Below are positions 8,933 through 17,797 of a stretch of 64,000 nt of DNA, in pieces (positions within the stretch are counted from its first letter, which is position 1; the number at the start of each line of letters is the position of its first letter). Source of the DNA: a virus. Taxonomy: Duplodnaviria; Caudoviricetes. The translations under genes and the position numbers were made by a program. Below the pieces are notes generated by a model. That model did not search any database and was not told the origin of the DNA. It saw only the letters and a program-made list of their open reading frames with translations. The stretch is from positions 6,074-70,073 of IMG/VR virus record IMGVR_UViG_3300003320_000653; one strand, written 5' to 3'.

Positions 8933-9976
8933 ATGCCACATGAACTCACGCTCCGCGCGAATGGCCGCGCCGAAATGGCGTTCGTCGGTGAAACCCCTTG
9001 GCATCGCTTGGGCCAGCGCGTCACGAAGGGCGCAAGCCTGGAAGTTTGGCGCAAGGAAGCCGGCATGGATTGGGAGGCCAAGGCAGGCACGCCCCACGTC
9101 CAGATCGGGAATGAGAAGGATGGCCCCGAGGTGCTGGAATTTGACGAGCACAAGGCTCTCTACCGTAGCGACACCTTGGCGCCGCTCGCCATCGTCGGCG
9201 CTGGCTACCAAGTCGTCCAGCCCCGCGACGTGCTTGAGTTCTTCCGTGACATGACGGAAGCTGGGGGTTGGCATATCCACACGGCTGGAACCCTGCGCGG
9301 GGGTCGCAAGCTCTGGGCTATGGCCAGCAACGGCGAGGGCGCCATGGTGGGCAGCAAAAAGGCCGGCGATGAGGTCATGCAGAACCTGGTTCTCGCCACG
9401 AGCCTGGATGGCAGCATGAAGACGACGGCAGCCCTCACGGCGGTCCGCGTGGTCTGCGCTAACACCCTGGCCATCGCACTCGAGGATCGCAACGCCAAGC
9501 AGGTTCGCATCAGCCATCGCCAGGTCTTCGACGCCGATGCCGTGCGCCGCACCCTGGGCGTCAGCGTGGACAGCTTCAAAGTCTTCATGGCCAGGGCTAA
9601 CGAGATGGCCGAGACGCCGATCAAGCTGGCCGAGGCTCGCGAGATCCTCGGCCGTATCCTCGACCCGCAGCGTGAAGCCAAGAAGGCTGAGATTAGCAGC
9701 CTCGCATGGATGGGCAGCCTGGCCAATCTCGGCAAAGAGATGGAGGCCGAAGACTCGCGCGTCGTCTCGGGCGTGTTGGACCTCTTCCAGGGTGCGGGCC
9801 TCGGCGCGGGCATGAAGACGGCCAAGGGAACCCGCTGGGGCCTCCTGAATGCGATCACGCAATACGTCGACCATGCCATGGGCCGCACCGATGACACGCG
9901 CCTGGACTCGGCCTTCTTCGGCCGAGGCGCTGGGATCAAGCAGCAGGCCATGAAGCTCCTCGCCGCCGAGGCCTAA
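8933..9976 (+). CDS. DUF932 / TIGR03299 phage-plasmid-like protein
   Basis: MAFVGETPWHRLG, AGTLRGGRKLW, LATSLDGS, VRVVCANTL, GTRWGLLNAITQYVDH, FGRGAGIKQQA. Confidence 0.9.
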   Translation: MPHELTLRANGRAEMAFVGETPWHRLGQRVTKGASLEVWRKEAGMDWEAKAGTPHVQIGNEKDGPEVLEFDEHKALYRSDTLAPLAIVGAGYQVVQPRDVLEFFRDMTEAGGWHIHTAGTLRGGRKLWAMASNGEGAMVGSKKAGDEVMQNLVLATSLDGSMKTTAALTAVRVVCANTLAIALEDRNAKQVRISHRQVFDADAVRRTLGVSVDSFKVFMARANEMAETPIKLAEAREILGRILDPQREAKKAEISSLAWMGSLANLGKEMEAEDSRVVSGVLDLFQGAGLGAGMKTAKGTRWGLLNAITQYVDHAMGRTDDTRLDSAFFGRGAGIKQQAMKLLAAEA

Positions 9977-10022
9977 GGTATATCTGACGGGGCGCCCATC
10001 CGGGCGCCCAAAGGAGAACCAA

Positions 10023-10424
10023 TTGCTAAAAATCACCATCGCCGGGGCCAGGGGCTCCGGCAAGTCCTGGGCAAGCATGCTCATCCAGGCGGCGCTTGCC
10101 GAGATCACTGGCGCCCGAGTTACCGTGAGCGGCGAAGACATGGCGGAGCACGCCATTGCCCAGCGCAAGTTTCAGCTCATGGCGGGAGCCATCAAGCAGC
10201 CGCTGATGGGCCAGGATGTGCACATCGAGCAAGTCAGCGAGGCCCGAGACGCCGTCAAGGCGAAGGGCCGCGGTGGCATGGAATCCCAGGCGCGGGCCCT
10301 TGCTGAGCGCCTGGAGGAACTGGAGCGATACCTGCCTCCAGGTCCGCGCCGCGAGGCCTTCGCTGAGGCCTACAGAACTGTCAACGAAACCATCGACCAC
10401 CTTGAAAGAGCTAAGACGCTATGA
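10023..10424 (+). CDS. small protein with N-terminal Walker A-like motif
   Basis: ITIAGARGSGKSW; AGGAGA RBS; stop overlaps queD start. Confidence 0.65.
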   Translation: MLKITIAGARGSGKSWASMLIQAALAEITGARVTVSGEDMAEHAIAQRKFQLMAGAIKQPLMGQDVHIEQVSEARDAVKAKGRGGMESQARALAERLEELERYLPPGPRREAFAEAYRTVNETIDHLERAKTL

Positions 10425-10909
10425 GCTTCCACTACGCCCATGAATCCACGAAGACCTACGGCCACGACGTTGGCCTCTCCGCGGTCTTCCGTCAATGGCG
10501 CGCTGATAGCCATTGCAACAAGCTGCATGGCTATGCGCTTGCCGTCAAGCTCGTGTTCAAGGCGGAGACACTCGACAGCCGCAACTGGGTGGTCGACTTC
10601 GGCGCCCTGAAGCCGGTCAAGGCTTTCCTGCAGCAGAGCTTCGATCACACGGTCCTTATCGCCGCCGACGATCCGCAGCGCCCTGTCTTCGAGGATCTCG
10701 ACCAACGTGGCCTCATCGATCTTCGCGTTCTTCCCGCCGTTGGCTGCGAGGCCTTTGCCTCGTGGATTGCCCAATACGTCAAGGGTTGGCTGCGCACGGA
10801 ATACATGCCGAGCCTTGCCGACAACAAGATCCAGGCCCCCATCGGCCTTCACATCGCCGAGGTCGAGGTGCGCGAGCACGGCGCCAACGGCGCATCCTGG
10901 TTTGCTTAA
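10421..10909 (+). CDS. queD: 6-carboxy-5,6,7,8-tetrahydropterin synthase (PTPS family)
   Basis: FRQWRADSHCNKLHGY, NWVVDFGALK, FDHT, VGCEAFA, VREHGANGA. Confidence 0.9.
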   Translation: MSFHYAHESTKTYGHDVGLSAVFRQWRADSHCNKLHGYALAVKLVFKAETLDSRNWVVDFGALKPVKAFLQQSFDHTVLIAADDPQRPVFEDLDQRGLIDLRVLPAVGCEAFASWIAQYVKGWLRTEYMPSLADNKIQAPIGLHIAEVEVREHGANGASWFA

Positions 10910-10920
10910 AGGAGATCACC

Positions 10921-11595
10921 ATGGGAAAACTCGCATTGGTCATGGAGCGCGCTGACGCTCCGGTCGAACTCAACATGGCGAAGTTTGCCGCCGCCACGCG
11001 CCATCGCGGGGACTACTGGGAGGACGTTGTTACGCGCCTCGTGGATCGCGATATCTGCGAAACCGACGAGAGCACGTTGCAGCTCATTCCCTACGTCATG
11101 CTGGTGAAGGAAGGCAAGCCCAGTGTTGCTCCCGAGGGTGAGGGCCTGGCCGTCGACTTCCCCGCGCCGCGCTTTTTCACCTACAGCCGGGGAACGGGTG
11201 GCGAGGAAGCCCGTCTGCATGGCGCCCTCAGCATCGGTCTTGGCGGCCACATCGACGGGCAGATCCCCGAAGGCATGAAGGCCAAGAATTGGTTCGCCGC
11301 CGAAGCCGTGCGCGAGCTGGAAGAGGAGGTGGGACTTCAGGCAGCCACTTCTCACGAAGTCATCTTCGCCGATGCCCTGCTCTACGACCCCGCAAATCCT
11401 GTGGGCCGCGTTCACGTGGGCATCCTCTGTGCCGTCCGCCTGCTCGACCGTGATTTGGGCAAGCACGAGGCCGAGGTTGTGGAACATGCCCAATGGCTCA
11501 CTCTGGAAGAGCTGATGGACCCCGCGGTCTTCCAGCGACTCGAGCCTTGGAGCCAGGCGGCCGTGAAGTTCATGGACTCCGACAGGCACTCATGA
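10921..11595 (+). CDS. NUDIX-family phosphoesterase (COG4112-like)
   Basis: QLIPYV, SIGLGGHID, AVRELEEEVG Nudix box, VGRVHVG. Confidence 0.85.
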   Translation: MGKLALVMERADAPVELNMAKFAAATRHRGDYWEDVVTRLVDRDICETDESTLQLIPYVMLVKEGKPSVAPEGEGLAVDFPAPRFFTYSRGTGGEEARLHGALSIGLGGHIDGQIPEGMKAKNWFAAEAVRELEEEVGLQAATSHEVIFADALLYDPANPVGRVHVGILCAVRLLDRDLGKHEAEVVEHAQWLTLEELMDPAVFQRLEPWSQAAVKFMDSDRHS

Positions 11596-12293
11596 GCGAC
11601 GAGCAGCCGCTTTTCGACAACACGCGCAAGGCCTTGGCTTTTGCCCTCAACGCGGCCGACGTTCGCATGCCCAAGCCCAGCATGAGCGTTTCCATGACGG
11701 AGGGCATCGCCAAAAAGATGCCCAAGGGCAAGAAGGCCAGGGCGGCTTGGTTCGCCAAGATCGCCGAACAGCGCGACGTAGAGCGAGACCAGCTCGTGCG
11801 CCAGGCCTTCAGGCGCCGCGCTGAGCCCCTCACGGGGGAGGATCGCGCCGCCCAGGCGGGCTTCATCCTGCAGGAGTTCCAGAAGCTCGATGAAGCCCAC
11901 AAGATCGTCCTCACGGGCCTTCTGACGCGTTCCCACAGCCCTTGCGCATGCCGTAGGCCTTGCTGCTCGGGCTGGGCGCGGAATCTCGCCTGGGACAAGG
12001 CGGTTCTTGATGCCTGCCTTTTGCTGAAGGAGACCGGCGATGTTCTCCGGCAGCCGGGCAAGCGTGGCTTGAGCACGCAGCCTCATCTACGCAAAGCCGT
12101 CGTGGAGGAATTCTTCACGAAGCGGCCCATAACCCTCGTCGAGCTGGCGGGGCTAGCACATTGCAGCACGATGACGGCGGCCAAGCATAAGGCCTGGATC
12201 GTCGAATATCTGCAGCAAGTGGAGGTCGAAGCCTGGGAGCAGGTTTCGGCTCTTTTCGACCGCGTCGGGATTACCGGCGCATTTCTTGACTAA
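11592..12293 (+). CDS. putative antitermination Q-like / late transcription regulator
   Basis: ALAFA...AAQAGFI...PCACRRPCCSG Zn-finger-like motif and C-terminal HTH-like segment; resembles betaproteobacterial prophage Q-like regulators as recalled, not searched. Confidence 0.55.
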   Translation: MSDEQPLFDNTRKALAFALNAADVRMPKPSMSVSMTEGIAKKMPKGKKARAAWFAKIAEQRDVERDQLVRQAFRRRAEPLTGEDRAAQAGFILQEFQKLDEAHKIVLTGLLTRSHSPCACRRPCCSGWARNLAWDKAVLDACLLLKETGDVLRQPGKRGLSTQPHLRKAVVEEFFTKRPITLVELAGLAHCSTMTAAKHKAWIVEYLQQVEVEAWEQVSALFDRVGITGAFLD

Positions 12294-12305
12294 GGAGAGA
12301 CTGAC

Positions 12306-12533
12306 ATGGTTAAGCCAATCGATGTCGCGCGCCGCACGCTGGAACGCCTGCAGGAGCAGCGAAGGGAATACGTGAGAGCTGGGCTGAAAGTTCCGGCCTT
12401 CATCACGGCCGAGATCAAGGACCTGGAGGCCTTGCTGATGGCCCAGGCCAACTACGCCGAGAGGCGCAACTGGTGGCTCTATGGCGCCGGCGTTCTTGTC
12501 GTGGCTACGGCCATCATCTACTTCTGCTTCTGA
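12306..12533 (+). CDS. small protein with C-terminal TM helix
   Basis: 75 aa, WWLYGAGVLVVATAIIYFCF; AAGGAG RBS. Confidence 0.7.
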   Translation: MVKPIDVARRTLERLQEQRREYVRAGLKVPAFITAEIKDLEALLMAQANYAERRNWWLYGAGVLVVATAIIYFCF

Positions 12534-12540
12534 GGCCGCC

Positions 12541-12957
12541 ATGACCACGATGCAAATACTGGGGGTGGCCGCCATTATTGGCCTCATCTTGGCGACTCTG
12601 GTCTACATGGGTCTGGAAGAACGTCGCAAGCGTAAGACCACGAAGCCGATGAGTCTCATCGAAGAACTCGAAGCCCTTGCTGAGGCTGCAGAGCGTGAGC
12701 GCATCAGCCACGAAGGTGAGGCCGAATACCACGAGTTCCAAGGCAACTATTGGGAGCAGCGTCGCGCCCGTCTGGTGCGGGAAGCCGAGCTGCAGCGTCA
12801 GCGCGAAGCCGATGGGGGCACCTTCACGGTGACGCCCAGAACGATGACGGTCATTGTTGAAGGCCGTGGAGGAGGCGGTGGTGGGAGCGTAGGCACGTTC
12901 TTCCCTCATGGCGGTGGTTACAGTGGTGGCGGTGGCGTTTCGGGGAGCCAGGCATGA
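12541..12957 (+). CDS. N-terminal TM protein with coiled coil and Gly-rich tail
   Basis: ILGVAAIIGLILATLVYMG, then charged helix, ending GGGGG... Confidence 0.65.
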   Translation: MTTMQILGVAAIIGLILATLVYMGLEERRKRKTTKPMSLIEELEALAEAAERERISHEGEAEYHEFQGNYWEQRRARLVREAELQRQREADGGTFTVTPRTMTVIVEGRGGGGGGSVGTFFPHGGGYSGGGGVSGSQA

Positions 12958-13661
12958 GCACGATTACAGACGCAATGGTGGAGGCCGCCACGATGGCCCT
13001 CCTGGGCAAGACCAAGGACCCGCTACCTGGAATCGATTGGTGGGCCAGCAGGCAATGGCGCGTCAACAAGGTTCGCGCTAAGATGCGCAAGGCCCTGGAA
13101 ACCGCCTTCGCCGCCCCGGCTGCGGCACAGGGGGCGGAAGAGATGTGGCCGACCAACAGCTACTTGCTGAACTACCTCTGCAAGCGCATCGGCATCGAGC
13201 TGGGGAAGGACAACATCGCGACCGCCATCAAGAAGGCGAATGCCGCTCTCGCAGCACCCCTAGCCCCCGAGGGAGCGCCCTGCAGGACTTGCGGTTCGAA
13301 TGAACCATTCACTGGTAGCTGCGGCACGAGCGATGACGACTCTCGGGCGCTGTGCAAGCGTGCCCCCGAGGCAGCGCCGAGCGCAGACGTTGCCAAGGCC
13401 TTGGGCGATGGCAAGGAGCTACTGAGCAAATACGAGCAGCATGCCATTCTCGAAGACCCGGGCGCCATCATCCGTTTGGTGAACCATCACGATGCCCACG
13501 AAGCCATGGCAGAAGCATCCGATATGCCCGAGAGCGCGACTCACCACATGAAGCGCGCCCATGAACTCCTCACAATCGGCCGCATGGTCATCCTCAGGGA
13601 TCCTGATCTCTGGGACGCCGCCCTCAAGGCTGAATTTGCGCCCAGGGCAAGAGAGGCCTGA
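12954..13661 (+). CDS. mosaic hypothetical protein (Ala/Pro linkers, CxxC...C...C module)
   Basis: 235 aa; CRTCGSNEPFTGSCG...LC lies between AAP-rich linkers. Confidence 0.7.
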   Translation: MSTITDAMVEAATMALLGKTKDPLPGIDWWASRQWRVNKVRAKMRKALETAFAAPAAAQGAEEMWPTNSYLLNYLCKRIGIELGKDNIATAIKKANAALAAPLAPEGAPCRTCGSNEPFTGSCGTSDDDSRALCKRAPEAAPSADVAKALGDGKELLSKYEQHAILEDPGAIIRLVNHHDAHEAMAEASDMPESATHHMKRAHELLTIGRMVILRDPDLWDAALKAEFAPRAREA

Positions 13662-13663
13662 CC

Positions 13664-13789
13664 ATGTTGCGCCTACTCAAGATCCTGGGCCTTTTGTTGG
13701 TTTCTCCTCTTCTGCTTATGAGCCTTGCCCCGTTCCTGCTTTTGGCGGCCGTCTTCAACTGGACTGAGAACAGGTCGCCCAGGGAATGA
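13664..13789 (+). CDS. 41-aa hydrophobic membrane peptide
   Basis: MLRLLKILGLLLVSPLLLMSLAPFLLLAAVFNWTENRSPRE; GAGAGG RBS; translated manually. Confidence 0.55.
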   Translation: MLRLLKILGLLLVSPLLLMSLAPFLLLAAVFNWTENRSPRE

Positions 13790-13807
13790 CGTGTTTTTGC
13801 CAAAAGT

Positions 13808-13836
13808 TTGTTGGCTTGGCGAAAACCAGCTAATAT
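13808..13836 (+). promoter_or_regulatory. possible sigma70-like promoter
   Basis: TTGTTG-17nt-TAATAT in intergenic DNA. Confidence 0.35.
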
Positions 13837-13880
13837 GCGCAGCAATTTGCTAGTGGTGGGATTGCCGCCACCGCAACGAG

Positions 13881-13904
13881 AAGCCCGCCAAAAGCGGGCT
13901 TTTT
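13881..13904 (+). terminator. rho-independent terminator
   Basis: AAGCCCGC-CAAAA-GCGGGCTT-TTT. Confidence 0.8.
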
Positions 13905-14298
13905 CATTGGGGGATCGCGCGGCAGCGGGGCGCCGCCGAGAGGCAAAAGAGGGCAGGGCGGGGCGGCCGTTGGTCTCCCGGAGCCCGGCCACGATGGCGT
14001 CAGCCAGGGCCCTCCTACCTCGGGAAGGGCTGCCCTCTTCAGTCTTTGAGCCCGGCTCCCCGGAGCCCAGCCGAGCCAAGTGGCTCCGGGGATCTTTTCG
14101 CGCGTATAGCTAGACACGACCTCGCCGAGCACGCACGGCGCCCCAGGGCGGGGCAAAAGATGCGGCGACAACCTGGAGGCCATATGTAGAGACGAATCTC
14201 CGTGATGCTTGAAGGCTGAGGGGCCCCTTTGGACGAGGGGCCCTTCTACCATGAGGCCTAGCGAAAGCTCTTGCTGAGTGCTTCCCCTAGGGTTCAGG

Positions 14299-14847
14299 AT
14301 GGCTAAGAAAAAACATCATTGGACGGAGGCCAGCCTGACGCGGGCCCTCGTCCACAACTTCTTTCAGCGTTCAGTGCTTGCCGTGCCTTGCTGTGGCTGG
14401 ACGGGCCACGAGGCCGACCTTCTCGTCATCACCAAGGATCTGCGGCTCATCGACGTCGAGATGAAGATCAGCCGCGCCGACCTGAAGGCGGACGCCAAGA
14501 AGGACAAGTGGTGGCAGACCCGGACGTGGGCAAGGAGCAGGCCTGCCGAGCCCTTGCGCCGCGATTGGCCGCCGAAGATCTGGAAGCACTACTATCTCAT
14601 GCCCCAGGAGATCTGGACGCCTGAGCTAGCCGAGTTGCTTCCCGAGGCCTCGGGCATCTTGACGGCCTACGGGGCTAACTGCATCAGGGTCGAGCGCAAG
14701 GCCACGCCCCAGCGCGATGCCGAGCGCCTGGGTAGTCACGAAGTCATTGACCTCGCCCGCCTGGCTGGGCTGAGGCTCTGGGATGCCCTGGAGCGTATAG
14801 ATAGGCTCCAACCGCATCTAGGAGCCAAAAGTGAAGGTAACGATTGA
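14299..14847 (+). CDS. PD-(D/E)XK nuclease-like protein (MmcB-like)
   Basis: HEADLLVIT...IDVEMKISRADLKADAKKDKW...KHYYLMP. Confidence 0.75.
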   Translation: MAKKKHHWTEASLTRALVHNFFQRSVLAVPCCGWTGHEADLLVITKDLRLIDVEMKISRADLKADAKKDKWWQTRTWARSRPAEPLRRDWPPKIWKHYYLMPQEIWTPELAELLPEASGILTAYGANCIRVERKATPQRDAERLGSHEVIDLARLAGLRLWDALERIDRLQPHLGAKSEGND

Positions 14848-15310
14848 AGCCACGGAGTTCCCCGTCTACGCCATCGACGCAGCGGGCCGCAGCATCTACA
14901 TCCCCCAGGGATCCATCGGCAGCTTCTATGCCGAGGCCCACGTCTCGGTGAAGCGCGTCGAGCCCATCGAGAACGCCAAGGTCACGCAGCCCATGCCGCC
15001 CGAGCCGCCAGCCATCGATTACATGCGCATCGTCGGCGCCCCACTCAATCTCGGCGTCAACATCGTGGCGGATGGCAGAAAGCGGCGAGCTGTGCTCACT
15101 GTCATCAGAGACTTCGAGCAGAAGGGCTGCATGGGCATGGCCTTCGAGCCCAAGGGCAAGTGGCCCAGGCTCAAGACTGCCGATATCGTGAAGGCCACGA
15201 TGACTTTCATGGGACTCGAAGACGGCTACAAATGCTTCTCCTTCGACCTCTGGGGACAAGGCCAGCCCAAAGGCCTTAGGGCATTTCAACTCAACGACCT
15301 GGAGAACTAA
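14831..15310 (+). CDS. hypothetical protein
   Basis: 159 aa, AGGAG RBS before GTG. Confidence 0.7.
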   Translation: MKVTIEATEFPVYAIDAAGRSIYIPQGSIGSFYAEAHVSVKRVEPIENAKVTQPMPPEPPAIDYMRIVGAPLNLGVNIVADGRKRRAVLTVIRDFEQKGCMGMAFEPKGKWPRLKTADIVKATMTFMGLEDGYKCFSFDLWGQGQPKGLRAFQLNDLEN

Positions 15311-15637
15311 ATGGCAACGCGTGACGAAAAGATGGCCCTGCTCGACATCATGAAGACCTTGTCGGACGCCCAAGAGGCAGCCCGCTGGCTCGACGAAGAG
15401 CAAACGGCCAAGGCAAACGTGGCCCAGAGGCCTCGACGCCTGATCCAGGCCTTTGTTGGCGGGCTCTGGGTCAATGCCCAAGCCCAGGAGCTGGCCCCCG
15501 GCCTGCTCATCCGTATGTTCGAGCCAGACGGCACCGAAGTCCTGTGGATGGGCAAGAACACGGCCAAGGTCGAGAGCGTCGAGCCCATGGCTGAAGACGG
15601 CACCTCGGGGATCTTCATCCTCGTCGAGCAACCATGA
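15311..15637 (+). CDS. hypothetical protein
   Basis: 108 aa, GGAGA RBS. Confidence 0.7.
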   Translation: MATRDEKMALLDIMKTLSDAQEAARWLDEEQTAKANVAQRPRRLIQAFVGGLWVNAQAQELAPGLLIRMFEPDGTEVLWMGKNTAKVESVEPMAEDGTSGIFILVEQP

Positions 15638-16128
15638 ACTACGTGCCGCTGAGCCCCATCCAGCTCGACGCCGCACAGGCGCTCTGGGTGAAGGCCAACA
15701 ACGCGCCCCTGCAACGGGCTTCCTACGGGCGCCTGATCGCCAGGGTTCAGGAGCTGGTGCATGCTATCCAGACGGCGCCAATCGCTATCAGGGCCACACC
15801 GCTGGAGATGCAGGCCATCAACGAGCGCCTTGTCGCGGTCGTGGAGCGCTGGAGAGAACAGGAGCCGAGCTTCTATCCAGTCTTTGTCGTGGATGCCTCG
15901 AAGGCCGTGCCACGACTGGACTTCAGGCTCACGGCGGTCTTCAAGGCCGAAGACCCCCAGGCCGTTGAGATCCAAGCCAGCGAAGACTTGCAGGCGCTCT
16001 GTGAAGGCCGCCTGGACTTCGTGATGCACGCGGTGACGAGCCCCGTCTTTGTTGACGAGGCCATGCGCAAGCGCGTGTCTCCGATGACGCTCTGGCGGCA
16101 GCGCTACGGCAGCGAAGCCGCTATTTAG
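15634..16128 (+). CDS. hypothetical protein
   Basis: 164 aa, ATGA overlap. Confidence 0.7.
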   Translation: MNYVPLSPIQLDAAQALWVKANNAPLQRASYGRLIARVQELVHAIQTAPIAIRATPLEMQAINERLVAVVERWREQEPSFYPVFVVDASKAVPRLDFRLTAVFKAEDPQAVEIQASEDLQALCEGRLDFVMHAVTSPVFVDEAMRKRVSPMTLWRQRYGSEAAI

Positions 16129-16137
16129 GAGAGCCCA

Positions 16138-16443
16138 ATGACTGCAGAAGAAAAGATGAAGGCCATTGCCGAGGCCACGAGAGACGTTGAATTACTCGAG
16201 GCCGCCATCGAAAGCCGACGCCAGCTTCTCGTGAAGCAGTTGGGCGAAGACGAGGCACGGCGCGAACTGCTAGTCCTTGATCGGCGAAGCCTTGGCAAGG
16301 CCCTCAATCGGGCCCTCTTTAGCTTGAGCGCCATGGCAGCCGACCATCCCCGTCGTGGACTCCTCGCCCTGCAGGTCAACGCCATGGAGACCTACGACAA
16401 CGCGCTGGGCTACCGCATCAATGCCGAGGCTCAGCATGGCTAA
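16138..16443 (+). CDS. hypothetical coiled-coil protein
   Basis: 101 aa, AGGAG RBS. Confidence 0.7.
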   Translation: MTAEEKMKAIAEATRDVELLEAAIESRRQLLVKQLGEDEARRELLVLDRRSLGKALNRALFSLSAMAADHPRRGLLALQVNAMETYDNALGYRINAEAQHG

Positions 16444-16708
16444 CGTGCAACTCGAGATCCTGGGCCTGGATGGCAACAAGAGCGTGGAGGTCGCCCGGCT
16501 CCTCGTGGCTGCCAAGCGGACTCTGGTGGTCTACGTAGACGGCGTGCCCTTCGTCGTCGATACCGTGGAAGCCCATTGTGGGCCGTCCAGGGGCCGCATT
16601 GCCCTGGTGCTGCAAGACCCTCACGAAGCCCTGAGCCAACAGGCAAAGGGCAAGCAGAACCTCGACGTAGCCTATGGTGGCGTGGCCTATTTCTCTAGTG
16701 AGGGCTGA
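16436..16708 (+). CDS. hypothetical protein
   Basis: 90 aa from MANVQLEIL. Confidence 0.6.
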   Translation: MANVQLEILGLDGNKSVEVARLLVAAKRTLVVYVDGVPFVVDTVEAHCGPSRGRIALVLQDPHEALSQQAKGKQNLDVAYGGVAYFSSEG

Positions 16709-16710
16709 AG

Positions 16711-16896
16711 ATGAAGTCGACGACGGTCACCAGACTCAGGCAATGCAAGGACCTGGGGCGGCGTAGGCGCTGCTACTTCTTCTACGTAGGCTGCCTTGGA
16801 GTTGGCACGATCTGGGCGGCAAGTGATGAAGACGCCCTGGAAATCGCCTACCAGCGTTGGCCGGACGTCTCCCTGACCTTTCGCGTTTTGGAGTGA
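16711..16896 (+). CDS. hypothetical protein
   Basis: 61 aa, GAGG RBS. Confidence 0.55.
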   Translation: MKSTTVTRLRQCKDLGRRRRCYFFYVGCLGVGTIWAASDEDALEIAYQRWPDVSLTFRVLE

Positions 16897-16899
16897 GAA

Positions 16900-17157
16900 A
16901 TGACCAAGTCTTTGCTAACGGCTGGCCTGCGCACGGACTTCTCAGCCGAGGAGATACGCGCCAACCACGTGGACCTCACGCAGCTAGTGGTCGAGCACGT
17001 GCGCCTTAGGCGTGAAGCCGAACGCCAGCGCTTCTTTGTGTTCAAGGCCCTCGACGACGTGGGCCTCACCACGGAGGAGCGCCTCTATCTCTGCGGCGAC
17101 GCGGTCTACGATAACAGTTGGCGCGATATGTGGCACGGCCTCATGCGGGCCACGTAG
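16900..17157 (+). CDS. hypothetical protein
   Basis: 85 aa, GGAG RBS. Confidence 0.65.
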   Translation: MTKSLLTAGLRTDFSAEEIRANHVDLTQLVVEHVRLRREAERQRFFVFKALDDVGLTTEERLYLCGDAVYDNSWRDMWHGLMRAT

Positions 17158-17322
17158 AGCATAGACAGGGGAGCACCTCGGCTCCCTGAATTCCCAGGCC
17201 TGCGGGATTTCGCCATTTCTACGCAGCGCCGACGGGAGAAGCTGGGCATGGGAACCCATCTGCGGATGGAATTTGCCGGCGCGAGGCATGGGGTGGGAAT
17301 CCCCTTCACTTAGCCAGTAGAG

Positions 17323-17360
17323 AGCCTACGTAAGACCTTAGTGGCTTACGTAGGCTTTTT
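17323..17360 (+). terminator. intrinsic terminator / 12-bp perfect inverted repeat upstream of terminase
   Basis: AGCCTACGTAAG-10nt-CTTACGTAGGCT-TTTT. Confidence 0.7.
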
Positions 17361-17398
17361 GTCGTCAGCCGCTAGTTAGACCGTGGAGATTAACAATT

Positions 17399-17797
17399 AT
17401 GGAAAAACCAGCTGAGAAGAAAGGCAAGCCGGGCCGCCCCGTGGGTTCGATGAACAAGCTCGCCGCCGACAGTATCGAGCAAGCCCGCCTCAAGGGCCTG
17501 CTGCCACACGAACTCCTGCTCATGGTAGCCCGCGGTGAGCCCATGCACCGCCTCGTAGTTAAGCGCGGCCTCATCATAGAAGAGCCGGAGGCCTACGACT
17601 TCCAGACGCGCATAGACGCGATGAAAGCAGCGGCGCCCTACTACGCGCCGAAGATCAGCACCGTGGAAGTCATAGCCGGAGTAAGTGATGAGCAGCTCGA
17701 TGAACTCATTGCGCGCGCTGCCGCCGAAGCAGGCATTGGCCTTGCTGCTGGCGGAGAAGGTACGCAGACAGAAGACCAGGGTAGCACTGACGCCTGA
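17399..17797 (+). CDS. terminase small subunit
   Basis: KKGKPGRPVGSMNK N-terminus, RIDAMKAAAPYYAPKI motif, immediately upstream of terL. Confidence 0.75.
   Translation: MEKPAEKKGKPGRPVGSMNKLAADSIEQARLKGLLPHELLLMVARGEPMHRLVVKRGLIIEEPEAYDFQTRIDAMKAAAPYYAPKISTVEVIAGVSDEQLDELIARAAAEAGIGLAAGGEGTQTEDQGSTDA

Noticed and set aside
8868-10010. Hairpins CTAGGCGC...GCGCCTAG (about 8870-8895) and GGGCGCCC-ATCC-GGGCGCCC (about 9990-10009) flanking the DUF932 gene
   Set aside because: No U-tract and no further copies recognised. They may be RNA stability or processing stems, but evidence is insufficient to call a feature.
13808-14113. 101-aa plus-strand ORF spanning the non-coding island
   Set aside because: It crosses an intrinsic terminator, lacks an RBS and has low-complexity R/P/G composition typical of non-coding GC-rich DNA.
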